This document shows positions 53,320-63,555 of a DNA stretch of 64,000 bases, piece by piece (the stretch's first letter is position 1; the number at the start of each line of letters is the position of its first letter). The notes under the pieces are model-generated. The model was not told the DNA's origin. It ran no database searches and was given only the letters and a program-made list of their open reading frames with translations. This stretch comes from Gemmatimonadales bacterium (GTDB taxonomy: Bacteria; Gemmatimonadota; Gemmatimonadetes; Gemmatimonadales; GWC2-71-9), in NCBI GenBank assembly GCA_039794085.1, contig JBDIWC010000013.1, forward strand, positions 1 to 64,000, given 5' to 3'. Position numbers and translations under genes: made by a program.

Positions 53320-54594
53320 TCACGCCCCCTCGCCCCGAAGCCTCCGCCCCACCCGCTCCGCCTCCTCCATGACCCGCAGGAGGTTGCCGCTCCAGAGCTT
53401 CCCGATCTGCTCTTCCGTGTATCCGCGCCGCACCAGCTCCAACGTCACATTGAATGTTTCGGCGGCATCGCTCCACCCCTCCACGCCGCCGCCGCCATCA
53501 AAATCGGAGCTGATCCCCACGTGCTCCAGACCGATCAGCTTGACCGCGTAATCGATGTGATCCACGAACTCCGCCACCGTGGCCCGGGGCGGTGCCGGAA
53601 AGCGCCGGTTCACCTCGGCCATTCGCCGCTGGAACTCCGCTCGGCGCGCCTCGGACAGCCCCTGGGCGGCTCCGCGACCGGCGCCCACGCCGAACTCGCG
53701 ACCAAGCGCCGCGAGAGCCTCCTGCCGCGCCGGGGAATCGCTCTGGCACTTCACGTAGCTGTTGAAGGCCACGACCTGCACCACCCCTCCGTTTTTCTTG
53801 AGGGCCAGGAGCTGCTCGTCGTCGAGGTTCCGGCTGTGGTCACACAACGCCCGGACCGCGGAGTGGCTTGCGATGATCGGCGCCTGGGTGAGTTCCAGGG
53901 TCTGCATCATCGATTGCTTCGAGGGATGGGAGATATCCACCATGATCCCCCACTTGTTCAGCTCGGCGATCACCTGACGCCCGAGTGGACTGAGCCCGTT
54001 GTGAAGCCAGACGCCGTCGCGCTCGCCGGTGTTGGAATCGCTGAGCTGGCTGTGCCCGTTGTGGGCCAGGGAGAGGTACCGTGCCCCGAGTTCGGCAAAC
54101 CTCCGCACATTGCCGAGATCGTCGCCGAGCTGGTACCCATTCTCCACCCCGATGAGCGCCACCTTTTTCCCACTCGCGGCGATCCGCCTCACATCAGCCG
54201 CCGTGCGAGCCAGCTCGATCCGGTCCGGCGCGAGCTCCCGCGTCAACCGGTGGATCGCCTCGAACTTCTGCATGGCCTGAGCGGTGGCCGCGGCAAACCC
54301 GGCGGCGGTCAGGTCGGGCCGCTGGCCCACGTAGACGATCAGAAAGACGGCGTCGAGGCCCCCTTCCTCCATCTTCGGAACGTTCACCTGGGTCGGGAGC
54401 CGGGTGGCGTAGCTCTGGGCCGGCGTGAAGTTGGCGGGGTTGATGTCGACATGCGTGTCGAGCGTGATCACCCGCTCGTGGATGGCGCGGGCCCGAGCCA
54501 CCAGCGCGGCGTCGTCCTGCGCGGCGAGGGGCACCGTGGGCATCAGAACGCCGAGGAGGGAGGGAAGGATGAGGTGAGTACGAGGGGTCGGCAT
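53320..54594 (-). CDS. Membrane dipeptidase (M19)
   Basis: DTHVD, GVEN, VDISH, ASHS, RNLDD and SDFDGG motifs. Confidence 0.95.
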   Translation of the reverse strand: MPTPRTHLILPSLLGVLMPTVPLAAQDDAALVARARAIHERVITLDTHVDINPANFTPAQSYATRLPTQVNVPKMEEGGLDAVFLIVYVGQRPDLTAAGFAAATAQAMQKFEAIHRLTRELAPDRIELARTAADVRRIAASGKKVALIGVENGYQLGDDLGNVRRFAELGARYLSLAHNGHSQLSDSNTGERDGVWLHNGLSPLGRQVIAELNKWGIMVDISHPSKQSMMQTLELTQAPIIASHSAVRALCDHSRNLDDEQLLALKKNGGVVQVVAFNSYVKCQSDSPARQEALAALGREFGVGAGRGAAQGLSEARRAEFQRRMAEVNRRFPAPPRATVAEFVDHIDYAVKLIGLEHVGISSDFDGGGGVEGWSDAAETFNVTLELVRRGYTEEQIGKLWSGNLLRVMEEAERVGRRLRGEGA

Positions 54595-54693
54595 GGAAGA
54601 GCCTCGGGACGGGGAGGGAAACCTGAGGAAGACGTGAAAGAACGGATCCGGCACGGGCAACGTCAAGGGCGGAGCAGGGTGGTCGGGATTCAG

Positions 54694-54771
54694 GTCCTAT
54701 GTCCTATGTCCTATTATGTCCTATGTCCTATGTCCTATGTCCTATGTCCTATGTCCTGTATCCTGTGTCCT
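54694..54771. repeat. Heptamer array (GTCCTAT)n, reverse complement of the 10211 unit
   Basis: Read directly; one 3-nt interruption and a degenerate end. Confidence 0.95.
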
Positions 54772-54781
54772 ACCGTCCTTG

Positions 54782-55708
54782 TCACTGTATCCGCACGCCG
54801 ACCCGGTGAATCGATCCCGTGCCACGCACCGGTTCGAAGGCGTAGTCGAGCCAGAAGCGGTCGACGCCGAATGACGCTCCGGCGGAGAGAGGATGCTCGG
54901 CGGGGGACCCGTCTCCCTCCACCCGCCGGACTCCGGCCCGCGCCGCAAAGGTCCACCCCTGCACCGGCACCCACGCGATCTCCGCCCCGCCCCCGGGGGA
55001 GAGGTCGCGATGCCACTCCCACGTCACTCCCGCCGCGAGCACCAGGTCGAACCAGACGCCGAGGGGGATGACGCCCGTCATGGCGGAGGCCGAAAGACGA
55101 GCCGGTTGATCGGCAACGGTGCCATCCCGGGAGATGTCGCTTCCGAGGTGCTGCGCCGCGAGCCCTACCGTCACCCGCCCCAGGCTCCGGGCCAGGCCGA
55201 TGTCCACACTGGCCTTGCCGCTCCGTTCCCCGTCCACTCGATCCTCCGCGTAGCGGATCGCGGCCCCGGCGCGCACCCCGAGCAGCGTGGTGGCCACCGC
55301 AGCAGAGGCGGCGAAGCTCGTGGCATCGAGGGGGCCGCGGACGGTGAGTTCCGCCGGGCGGACGGGAAAGCCGCCGGGAAAGGTTCCATGGTCCAGCCAT
55401 GCCACCCCGATGCCCAGGGCAAAACGCCCCGCACTCGTGCTCGTGGCCAGCATCCCGAGCGTGGCGGCGGCCCCGAACCGGGAGACCGAGAGGGAGTGCC
55501 CCGATCGGGCTGGCATCTGCGCCGGATTGTGGAAGATCATGTCGGGCCCGCTGGCGGCGGTCCAGGCGCGCCCGAATCCCGCGCCGCGAACCGAGGTGGC
55601 GGCCCGCAGGACCAGCGGGGCTGTCTCCTGTGCCGCCATCCCGGGTGCGATCCCGATCCCTGGCGCACCGACGAGGACGAGGGCCAGAGCCCAGCGTACA
55701 GATGTCAT
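54782..55708 (-). CDS. PorV-like outer-membrane beta-barrel protein
   Basis: SVRGAGFG.A..A......FHNPA N-terminal pattern; LDYAF and terminal HRVGVRIQ. Confidence 0.7.
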   Translation of the reverse strand: MTSVRWALALVLVGAPGIGIAPGMAAQETAPLVLRAATSVRGAGFGRAWTAASGPDMIFHNPAQMPARSGHSLSVSRFGAAATLGMLATSTSAGRFALGIGVAWLDHGTFPGGFPVRPAELTVRGPLDATSFAASAAVATTLLGVRAGAAIRYAEDRVDGERSGKASVDIGLARSLGRVTVGLAAQHLGSDISRDGTVADQPARLSASAMTGVIPLGVWFDLVLAAGVTWEWHRDLSPGGGAEIAWVPVQGWTFAARAGVRRVEGDGSPAEHPLSAGASFGVDRFWLDYAFEPVRGTGSIHRVGVRIQ

Positions 55709-57636
55709 CGGACCTCCGGAGACAGGAATGCCGGCCTCGGACGCGACAACCCGACATCCGTTACGACCACGGTGCCGGCCACGGCGCGGTCGAACCTGAG
55801 CCCCAGGCTCCGGAGTGTTCCCGGATCGAACCCGGAATCGAGGGAAACGAAATCGGACAACGGAATGACGTAGGTTTGCAGCATGAGTTCGTACAGGGTG
55901 GGAAACCGAGACGCGTCGAGCCCCCGTCGCCGGTAGACCGTCATCTCGAGGGGCCGCCGGACCGGGCCGTACCGGCTGAGGGGGAGACGGACCTCGACTC
56001 CTCGTCCATCCGTGACCACGACCGAGAGATCGACCGGGAGAGTGTCGCGGTCGGCCGAGCCGCTCCGGCGCCCAGGAGATCGACCGGCCTCCGGCCTCCG
56101 GGTGGCTCCCGAATCGGACGCCGCCTTCCGCGGGGGCGGCGTCTGGTTGATCGGGGCAAGGGAAAGGACGATGGCGCTGGCGGGTCCGACATCCCACGCC
56201 GCGCGGAGCGAATCGGACAGGGAGAAAGTATATGCCGCCGGGGTCCCCCGCCGGGTCGTGTCATCGCCCGCGATCCTGTTGTTCCAGCCGAGCCAGACGG
56301 CGCCATGTCCCACGGTGCTGTTGCGGGATCGAAGCGGAAGGCGCCCCTCCCTCCAGGTGCCCAGGCTGTCTCCCCGCAGAGTCACCCCCGGCACCGCGCC
56401 GGTTGTCACATCCACGTCCTCGTTGTACCGGGCCAGGGCACGGAACCCGCTCTCCTCGAATCGCGTGAGATACATGGTGCGGGGAAGCCACCCGCCGATG
56501 ACCCGGTGATCCCGAAAGATCGGGAGGTACTCGTCCCGGCCTCGCAGAGTCGCGTCCAGAAAGGCCCCGACGTACACCTCCAGAAACCGGCGCTGTTCCT
56601 CCGCCGGGATCAGCCCCCTCAGATCGAGAAACCGGGCGCTACGGGGTCCCGCGTCCCGGGAGCCCCAGACCGTGTTCCACTGACCATGGTTGGCGCGGTA
56701 CATGTAGACCGCCGCCTTGAACCAGTGCCCGTCCCCGGTGAACCAGACTCGTTCATACTGACGAAGCCCCGAAAAGCTCGATACGTCCCCGTCGTGCGAC
56801 CCGTGGACCACGAGGTAGTTTACATTGGACAGCGGCGTCGGCTGGCCCACGGGCTCGTACTGCCCATCCACCGGTGCGATGGCCACCAGGGAGCGGATCC
56901 CGAAGCCGAAGTGGAAGGTGAGGGTCGCGTCGTCCGGGTAGTGCGTCAGGCGGTTGAAGAGACCCGCCACCGCCACCGCCTCTCCCCCACGCGAATGCCC
57001 CATCAACGCAATGCGCTCCAGATCCACCTTCTGATGAAAGGGGCCGCCCGCCGAATCGGCAAACTGCCGCCAGGCTTCGAGGTGCTTGAGCAGCATCCAC
57101 CCCCGCGCATCGTTCTCGCCGCGGATGTTCCCGTTCAGGAAGTTCATGTCCACACTGGCCACGATGTAGCCCCGGCTCGCCAGCAATGATCCCAGGTACG
57201 CATACCCGGGATCGCTGAAGTCCTTCATGTTGTGATTGCCGTGGACGACGAGTACCAACGGAAACGGTCCGATACCCTCCGGATACCAGACTCTCCCGTT
57301 GATCGGCATCGCGTCGAAACCGAATCCCCAGTACTCCTTCCGTTCGCGCCCCAGGGCCGGCGTGGGAGCGGAGGCCAGCTTGCTCCCATCCACAGACCCG
57401 GTGCGAATGCTCACCGAGTCGCGGAACTCGGCCCGGCGCCGGTCGGTCCCGCTCCCGTAGAACAGGGTGTGAACCGGAAAGGGGCCTCGCTCAGCCGGAT
57501 GAGGCGCCGTCAGGAGCTGGCGCCCCAGAACCGCATTTGAATCGTCCCGGGCCAGGCGAAGGGGCTGCACACATCCCGCCGCAAGCACCACCCCGGCAAC
57601 CGCCGTGCACCATCGGGTCCATCGATGTCCTGCCAT
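55705..57636 (-). CDS. Alpha/beta hydrolase lipoprotein
   Basis: PLVLVVHGN, GHSRGG nucleophile elbow, DGDV and ANH motifs. Confidence 0.88.
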   Translation of the reverse strand: MAGHRWTRWCTAVAGVVLAAGCVQPLRLARDDSNAVLGRQLLTAPHPAERGPFPVHTLFYGSGTDRRRAEFRDSVSIRTGSVDGSKLASAPTPALGRERKEYWGFGFDAMPINGRVWYPEGIGPFPLVLVVHGNHNMKDFSDPGYAYLGSLLASRGYIVASVDMNFLNGNIRGENDARGWMLLKHLEAWRQFADSAGGPFHQKVDLERIALMGHSRGGEAVAVAGLFNRLTHYPDDATLTFHFGFGIRSLVAIAPVDGQYEPVGQPTPLSNVNYLVVHGSHDGDVSSFSGLRQYERVWFTGDGHWFKAAVYMYRANHGQWNTVWGSRDAGPRSARFLDLRGLIPAEEQRRFLEVYVGAFLDATLRGRDEYLPIFRDHRVIGGWLPRTMYLTRFEESGFRALARYNEDVDVTTGAVPGVTLRGDSLGTWREGRLPLRSRNSTVGHGAVWLGWNNRIAGDDTTRRGTPAAYTFSLSDSLRAAWDVGPASAIVLSLAPINQTPPPRKAASDSGATRRPEAGRSPGRRSGSADRDTLPVDLSVVVTDGRGVEVRLPLSRYGPVRRPLEMTVYRRRGLDASRFPTLYELMLQTYVIPLSDFVSLDSGFDPGTLRSLGLRFDRAVAGTVVVTDVGLSRPRPAFLSPEVR

Positions 57637-57835
57637 CGGTACCATCCTTTCGAACGCGCCGCAGCCTGCGTCGGGACCGGTGTCGGGCGAACAACGATAG
57701 CCAACTCCCAATCGGATTGCAGCCCCTGGCCGGTCGGCCCGGAGATCCTCCGTCACCTCCGGCGCTGGCGCAATGCGTCCCGATACGCCATCGTTGGGGT
57801 ATCCGGACCGCGACATCAACCCTTGCCGAGACCCT

Positions 57836-58159
57836 ATGCCCGAGACCCTCTGGCGGAACCTGGCCACCACCTGGCCCCTGGTCACCATCTCCGTGGCCCT
57901 TTCCCTTTTCGGGTATCTCTTCCGGAAGCCGGGGTTGCTCATCTTCGGAGCGTTTCTCCTGATCCCATTCGGCTGGTCAATCCGGAGTCATCCCGATTAC
58001 GATATCCTGGGACCGGCGCTCCCCGTTTTTCTCCTGGGAGCCGCCGTATTTGTCATGAAGGCGCGGTACTGGGCAGCCCTGGTTCTCGTGACTGTTCCGG
58101 TGGCCGTGGTCGTGAGGTATGTCCACATGCTCCTGCTGGAAAACGGGGTCACCCCCTGA
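57836..58159 (+). CDS. Hypothetical membrane protein
   Basis: About four hydrophobic segments; first gene of a co-oriented run. Confidence 0.65.
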   Translation: MPETLWRNLATTWPLVTISVALSLFGYLFRKPGLLIFGAFLLIPFGWSIRSHPDYDILGPALPVFLLGAAVFVMKARYWAALVLVTVPVAVVVRYVHMLLLENGVTP

Positions 58160-58163
58160 TGTG

Positions 58164-58628
58164 ATGGAACTCTTGCGCGAATCCGGGACGATTCCGGCCG
58201 ACCTCCCTGATGTCTGGCGAGTGGTGTCCGACCCCGCTCGGTTCCCCGAGTGGCTCGACCAGATTGAATCGGTCACCCTTCCTCCCGGGTTGCCAGGACC
58301 GGGGTACCGGTATGCGGTGGTGTACGAACTCCAGGACATCCGCATGACCCTCGCGGCGGAGATGACCACCTTCGAGCCGCCCACTCGGCTGGTTTGCACC
58401 TGCACCGGTGGGTCCCTGGCCCCTGACGAACAGGTCCAGGAGGAGTACACCCTCTCCCCGGTGATCGGTGGAACCCAGGTGGATCGGCAGGTGTCCATCC
58501 TGGGACGGGAGGTCGGGTGGGCCGCCCGATTGCTGATGCGGGCCCTCGCCTCCGTCACCCAGGATTTGCAGCAGGAGTCCCGCGCGATCGTACGACTCGA
58601 GGCCCTGGTCGTGGCGAGTCGTGGGTGA
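58164..58628 (+). CDS. SRPBCC/polyketide cyclase family protein
   Basis: VWRVVSDPARFPEW and FEPPTRL motifs. Confidence 0.8.
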   Translation: MELLRESGTIPADLPDVWRVVSDPARFPEWLDQIESVTLPPGLPGPGYRYAVVYELQDIRMTLAAEMTTFEPPTRLVCTCTGGSLAPDEQVQEEYTLSPVIGGTQVDRQVSILGREVGWAARLLMRALASVTQDLQQESRAIVRLEALVVASRG

Positions 58629-58707
58629 GGGGACAAAAAAGCGGGAGGGCGCTACTTTTCGGGTGACCCTGCCTCCTTCTCACCCGCTCACCCGGCCGGC
58701 GCAAACC

Positions 58708-59043
58708 ATGGACTCCCTCCTTCCGCTTCCTGACCAGAACACGCTCCGCAAGGCCCTCGCTGATCCGGTGAGCATCGTGCTGAAGCACAGCCCGATCTGC
58801 GGCGTGTCCTCCGCCGCCCACCGGGAAGTCCAGCGCTTCGCCTCGGCCCATCGGGATGTACCGTGCTACGTCGTCAACGTCTTCACCGCCCGGAGCATCG
58901 CCCGCCAGATGGCCGCGGACACCGGGATCGCCCATGCGTCTCCCCAGGCCTTCCTCTTTCGTCATGGGAAGACCGAATGGGTGGCCAGCCATTATTCGGT
59001 CACCGCCGAGGCCCTGGAGGAGGCGTTGGGAAAGACCCGATGA
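58708..59043 (+). CDS. ytxJ: Monothiol bacilliredoxin BrxC/YtxJ family (DUF2847)
   Basis: KHS..CGVS, GIAHASPQ and W.ASH motifs. Confidence 0.88.
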   Translation: MDSLLPLPDQNTLRKALADPVSIVLKHSPICGVSSAAHREVQRFASAHRDVPCYVVNVFTARSIARQMAADTGIAHASPQAFLFRHGKTEWVASHYSVTAEALEEALGKTR

Positions 59044-59417
59044 CCCGCCGACGCGCCGCGAACCCCGTCAACCTCAGGCAGAAGGCCTCGTCCATCCCCA
59101 CCCTGTGGACCCCCGGCATTGTGGGAGAGCTGAATGGGCAGTACCTCAAGCTTGCCCGTGTCAAGGGAAGGTTTGTCTGGCACCGGCACGAGCAGGAGGA
59201 CGAGTGCTTTGTGGTACTTCAGGGGAGGCTTCGAATTGAGTTCCGCGATGGAGAGGTGACCCTCGAGGAGGGTGAGATGTACATCGTCCCGCGCGGGGTT
59301 GAACACTGCCCGGTCGCCGAGGAGGAGGCTCACATCATGTTGTGTGAGCCCGTGGCCACCCAACATACGGGAACCGTCGACGATCCGCGGACTGTCCGCC
59401 ACCTGGAGTGGATCTGA
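59040..59417 (+). CDS. Cupin domain protein
   Basis: FVWHRHEQEDE and VPRGVEHCP motifs; ATGA coupling. Confidence 0.93.
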   Translation: MTRRRAANPVNLRQKASSIPTLWTPGIVGELNGQYLKLARVKGRFVWHRHEQEDECFVVLQGRLRIEFRDGEVTLEEGEMYIVPRGVEHCPVAEEEAHIMLCEPVATQHTGTVDDPRTVRHLEWI

Positions 59418-59615
59418 ACGATGGCCGCCAGGGCCGAACACTTCGCGGGACCATCCAGCCGGACCTGACCTGGCCCTCCTCCAGAACCACCCGGACCCGG
59501 ATGACGTTCTCTCCCGGGGCTTCCGGGTGGTGTTGGCGAGCACCTCAGGCCACCTTTAGCTCCTCCTGACCCCCGCACCGCGAGGGCCGGGTTTCCCTCC
59601 ACCGTTTACAAGGAC

Positions 59616-59981
59616 ATGGTCATGCAGAAGGTCTTTGCCGCGATCGCGGGAATTCTGCTCGGCGCCGCGGGGATGTGGTTCCTCTCCCGGACTCCGGCCC
59701 CCGACGTGGACGCGGCGGCCGCCGCCCGAGGTGAATCTCTCTACCAGGTCTGCGCCGTCTGCCACGGCCCAACCGGCATGGGCAACCCCGACACCTTCGC
59801 GCCCCGGATCCAGGGACAGCACGCGTGGTACCTGGAAACCCAGTTGCGCAACTTCCGGGCGGGGCTCCGCGGAGTGGACAGCCTCGACCTGAATGGTCAG
59901 GTCATGCGGCCGATGGCCTTGGGTTTACCCAACGAGGAGGCCGTCCGGGACGTCGTGGCCTACATTCAGACGCTGCGATAG
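59616..59981 (+). CDS. Monoheme cytochrome c (c553/c4-like)
   Basis: CAVCHG, PRIQGQ..WYL..QL..F and a distal Met. Confidence 0.92.
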   Translation: MVMQKVFAAIAGILLGAAGMWFLSRTPAPDVDAAAAARGESLYQVCAVCHGPTGMGNPDTFAPRIQGQHAWYLETQLRNFRAGLRGVDSLDLNGQVMRPMALGLPNEEAVRDVVAYIQTLR

Positions 59982-59995
59982 TCACCCGTCCAGAA

Positions 59996-60030
59996 AACGG
60001 GGGCCCCCCGAGAATGAGGAGGCCCCCGTT
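59996..60030. terminator. Hairpin between convergent cytochrome genes
   Basis: AACGGGGGCC...GGCCCCCGTT 10-bp inverted repeat. Confidence 0.7.
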
Positions 60031-60047
60031 GACACCATCCGGGAAGC

Positions 60048-60470
60048 CTACCTGGCCTGGAACTGCTTCTGCTCGACGTCCTCGATGTATGCGGAAAGCG
60101 CCGCCAGTTCCTGGGAACTCCAGGGCAGCGGCTCGGCCTTCATCGGGACGATCATGCAAAACTGAACCATCTGGGCCGCGTCGATCGACTCGAGGTCCGC
60201 CATGCCCTTGGCCATGGCCACCCGGTGCGGATAGGGTTCCTTGAACGTGCTCTTGAACTGTGCTCCGTTCATGTGACAGCTCTCACATGAAACCCCCGCT
60301 TTCCCCAGATTCGAGTCCTTCCAGAGCGTGGCACCCATGGCCACGAGTTCGGCGCGGTCCCCCTCGAACGGCGGCATGTTGGCGGGGCGCATGACCAGCT
60401 CAGGGTCGACACTCCCGCAGCCCGCCAGTACGAGGGCGGTCACCGCTCCATACAGCGTCTTCTTGATCAC
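60048..60470 (-). CDS. Monoheme cytochrome c lipoprotein with a SoxA/TsdA-like C-terminal pattern
   Basis: LAGC lipobox, SCESCH, YP and MVQFCM..PM...PL...SQELAALSAY. Confidence 0.85.
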   Translation of the reverse strand: MIKKTLYGAVTALVLAGCGSVDPELVMRPANMPPFEGDRAELVAMGATLWKDSNLGKAGVSCESCHMNGAQFKSTFKEPYPHRVAMAKGMADLESIDAAQMVQFCMIVPMKAEPLPWSSQELAALSAYIEDVEQKQFQAR

Positions 60471-60670
60471 GTTGCTTGCCTCCACGGCCTGATGGTTGTG
60501 AGATATGTCGATCTTCCCCTCGGGGAAAGCCAACACCCATGCCAGATCCTATCCCCATTGCCCCACGAATGCGAGGGGAGACCAATCGGGCCCAGTCCGG
60601 CCCTCGGCCTTCCCCGCACCCTGAAAGACGGCGGGAAGACGAAACTGGATCTCAACCCACCATGGGGCCC

Positions 60671-61000
60671 CTATGGTTCTTCGTCCTCCCCCTTGTCATC
60701 GTCATCGCGCCTTCCCAGGGTCTCCTCCCGGTTCGAGCGATCCACCGTCGCACCAGGGCTCACGTAAGCCGACGTGGCTCCATGGACATAGACCAACTCC
60801 CCGCCACTGTGGCCCACGGAGTAGCTGGCCGGGAGAACTCCGATGGCTCCCGCCGTGGCCACCACCATCCGCGCAATCTCTCCCACCCGCTCTCGGGCCA
60901 GTCCGACCGGGTGGAGGCCGACGAACCCACGACGGGTCCGGCCCATTTCGTGGTCGCGGATCCCGAGGGCAATCCCATTCTTGTGGACCAGCACGTGTGA
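60671..61000. pseudogene. Back-to-back 3' gene remnants (DUF2231-like on minus, VOC/glyoxalase on plus)
   Basis: Minus strand VGHSGGELVYVHGATSAY; plus strand EADEPTTGPAHFVVADPEGNPILVDQHV-stop. Neither has a 5' part. Confidence 0.65.
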
Positions 61001-61206
61001 CCCCGACGAGGGCGCCGGGGAAGGGGGGGAGCATCCACCGACCCCGGCGTGCGGGAGGTCCTTTTCTGGCCAACGATTCAAACTGGCAGTAGTTTATTCT
61101 CTGGAGCGTGAGAATCCGGCGGTGCGCACGGGCCTTGCGGCATACGCCGTGAAGCGGATCCGGACGGGTGAGGGCCGAGGGACCCCCTCAGGCGGCGAGA
61201 GTCATC

Positions 61207-63555
61207 ATGCTGATTGACCGGGTGCGACAGGCACTGGCCCCCCAGTTCGACATCGAGCGCGAGCTGGGGCGTGGGGGCACCGGTGTGGTATTCCTCGCCC
61301 GGGACCCCGTGCTGGATCGCGCGGTTGCCCTGAAGGTGTTGCTCCCGGAACTGGCCACTGCCGTGTCGGTGGAGCGGTTTATTCGGGAGGCCCGGATCCT
61401 GGCCCGGCTCCGGCATCCCTGCATTGTGAGCGTGCACCAGGCCGGGAAGGCAGGGGAGTTTCTCTACTTCACCATGGACCTGGTGCAGGGGGAAACCCTC
61501 GAGGCCCGGCTGCGGCGCGGGCCCCTGTCCGTGCCCGACCTTCACTCCCTCGCACGGGATCTGACCGAGGCCCTCGCTGCCGCTCACACCGAGGGTATTG
61601 TCCATCGGGACGTGAAACCGGGGAATATCTTTCTGCAGGGCGACCATGCCTTGCTGGCCGACTTCGGGATTGCCTGGAGCGAGTCCGACTCCACTCTCAC
61701 CCTCCCCGGAACAGCTCCCGGCACCCCGGCCTTCATGGCACCCGAACAGCGCTCCGGCAAGACCGCCACTCCCGCCACCGATGTGCATGCCGCGGGGCTG
61801 GTTCTCTACCATGCCGCCACCGGAGAACACTGGATGGAGGCTCCGCAGGGCGAGCGCCGCGTCCTGCGCGCTTTGCCCCGGACCCTCCGAGCCCCCGTGC
61901 GCCGGGCGCTCGCGCCCCACCCCGCCGATCGATGGACCGACGCGGCAGCCTTTCGGGAGGCGGTGATCCGGGCACGGCGCCCTTGGCGCAGGCTCCTCCC
62001 GCTGGCGGCTGCCCTCGCATTCCTCGGCCTTCCTGCGGTCCTCTGGCTTGGCCGGGAGCGCTGTGGATCACTGCAGGATCCCTGGATCACGGCCTCGATG
62101 CTTCCCGCCTCGATGGCTGCGCGATGCGCCGTGACCCGGGCAGAGGAGCACTACAACCAGGGACGATGGGAGGAGGCCGAGGCCGAGTTCCGGGCCGCCG
62201 CGGTGGACAAGACCTGCCCGCTCTGCACCTATCGCCTGCTGGACATCGAACGCTGGACGGTGCGCACCCGCAACCCCGCCTTCCGTGAGCTCCATGCCGC
62301 GGCCCTGAGCGCCGTGGATCGGTTTTCTCCCGCCTACCGCATGCTCCTCGCAGCCGAAGCCCTCTCCAACCCGGAACGCCTCGCACGCCTGGAGGAGATC
62401 ACCCGGAGCCACCGTGACTTCTACCTCCCCTGGTACCTCCTGGGTGAAGAGCAGTACCACCAGGGACCCCTCTTCGGACACACGGTCGAGGAGGCCGTTG
62501 TCAGCTTCCAGCGCGCCATCCAGCTTCGGGCCGATTTTGCGATTCCCTGGACCGACCTCGTCCTGGCCCACGTCTCTCTCGATGATTCCCTCGCGGCCCT
62601 CGACGCCAGCCGGCACCTCGCCGACCTTGCCCCCACCACGGGACTCGCCCTGGCCCAACGCGCCATGGCACAGGTCGCCTTCGCCTTTCGCTTCGGGGAT
62701 GGAGACCAGACCGCGTCCCGCATCGTGGCCGATCCTGCCACCGGAAACGTTCCGGAACTTGCGGCGGCACCACGGCTCCTTCCCGCCTTCGGTCAACCCG
62801 ACGGAGCGGTGAGGTTCGGGCGTCTCTTCGAATCCGGGGTGCCCGATCGACGCCTGCAGCTTTCCGGTCTCGCCGCCCAGCTCTTCGGTCACACGGCACT
62901 CGGTCGGCCCGATTCCATGCGGGCCGCGGCGATCCGCCTGGCCCAGCACGGAACCGACGTGTCCTGGTCCCGCCTGGCACTCGGACTGGGGCAGATCGAG
63001 TCTGTCTTCTTCCCCGACGAGGTCACCGGTGCCACAACTCTGACCGAGTCGATTGCCCGTTCGTCCCTCCTCGACGGGGCGGCGGAGAACCCGATGTTTC
63101 GGACCCTGTCCCGGGCATGGCGCGCCGCAGATGCCGGGCAACCCGCCGTCGCCGTCGCCGAGACCGACACCCTGATGCAGGATCCCGACCGGCTGGGCGA
63201 GGGGGATCCCTTCCTGCGATCCCTGGTCTATCTTTCGCGCGCGGTCTGGTTCGAACGATTGGGACAGGTGGACCGAGCTCGTCAAACGTATCGCTGGCAC
63301 CGGCACTTCCATGTTCCCCTCACCGGCTTCCCCCAGAGTGGCCCGGTGGCCGCCGAGGTGGACTGGGCTCTGGGAACCCTGGCCGAATGGCGCCTGGCCC
63401 GGCTCCTCAACCGAACGGGGCTTCCCGACCTCGAACTCTGCCGCGGCCTGAAGCAGGTGAGTCGTCTCTGGAAGGACGGGGACAGTGCCCACCAGACCCG
63501 GGCGGCCACGGCGGGCAGCCGCTTCGCCGCCCTGGGATGCGAGGCTCTCACCTGA
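61207..63555 (+). CDS. Hanks-type Ser/Thr kinase with TM segment and TPR-like domain
   Basis: LGRGGTGVV, VALK, HRDVKPGN, DFG, GTPAFMAPE motifs. Confidence 0.95.
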   Translation: MLIDRVRQALAPQFDIERELGRGGTGVVFLARDPVLDRAVALKVLLPELATAVSVERFIREARILARLRHPCIVSVHQAGKAGEFLYFTMDLVQGETLEARLRRGPLSVPDLHSLARDLTEALAAAHTEGIVHRDVKPGNIFLQGDHALLADFGIAWSESDSTLTLPGTAPGTPAFMAPEQRSGKTATPATDVHAAGLVLYHAATGEHWMEAPQGERRVLRALPRTLRAPVRRALAPHPADRWTDAAAFREAVIRARRPWRRLLPLAAALAFLGLPAVLWLGRERCGSLQDPWITASMLPASMAARCAVTRAEEHYNQGRWEEAEAEFRAAAVDKTCPLCTYRLLDIERWTVRTRNPAFRELHAAALSAVDRFSPAYRMLLAAEALSNPERLARLEEITRSHRDFYLPWYLLGEEQYHQGPLFGHTVEEAVVSFQRAIQLRADFAIPWTDLVLAHVSLDDSLAALDASRHLADLAPTTGLALAQRAMAQVAFAFRFGDGDQTASRIVADPATGNVPELAAAPRLLPAFGQPDGAVRFGRLFESGVPDRRLQLSGLAAQLFGHTALGRPDSMRAAAIRLAQHGTDVSWSRLALGLGQIESVFFPDEVTGATTLTESIARSSLLDGAAENPMFRTLSRAWRAADAGQPAVAVAETDTLMQDPDRLGEGDPFLRSLVYLSRAVWFERLGQVDRARQTYRWHRHFHVPLTGFPQSGPVAAEVDWALGTLAEWRLARLLNRTGLPDLELCRGLKQVSRLWKDGDSAHQTRAATAGSRFAALGCEALT

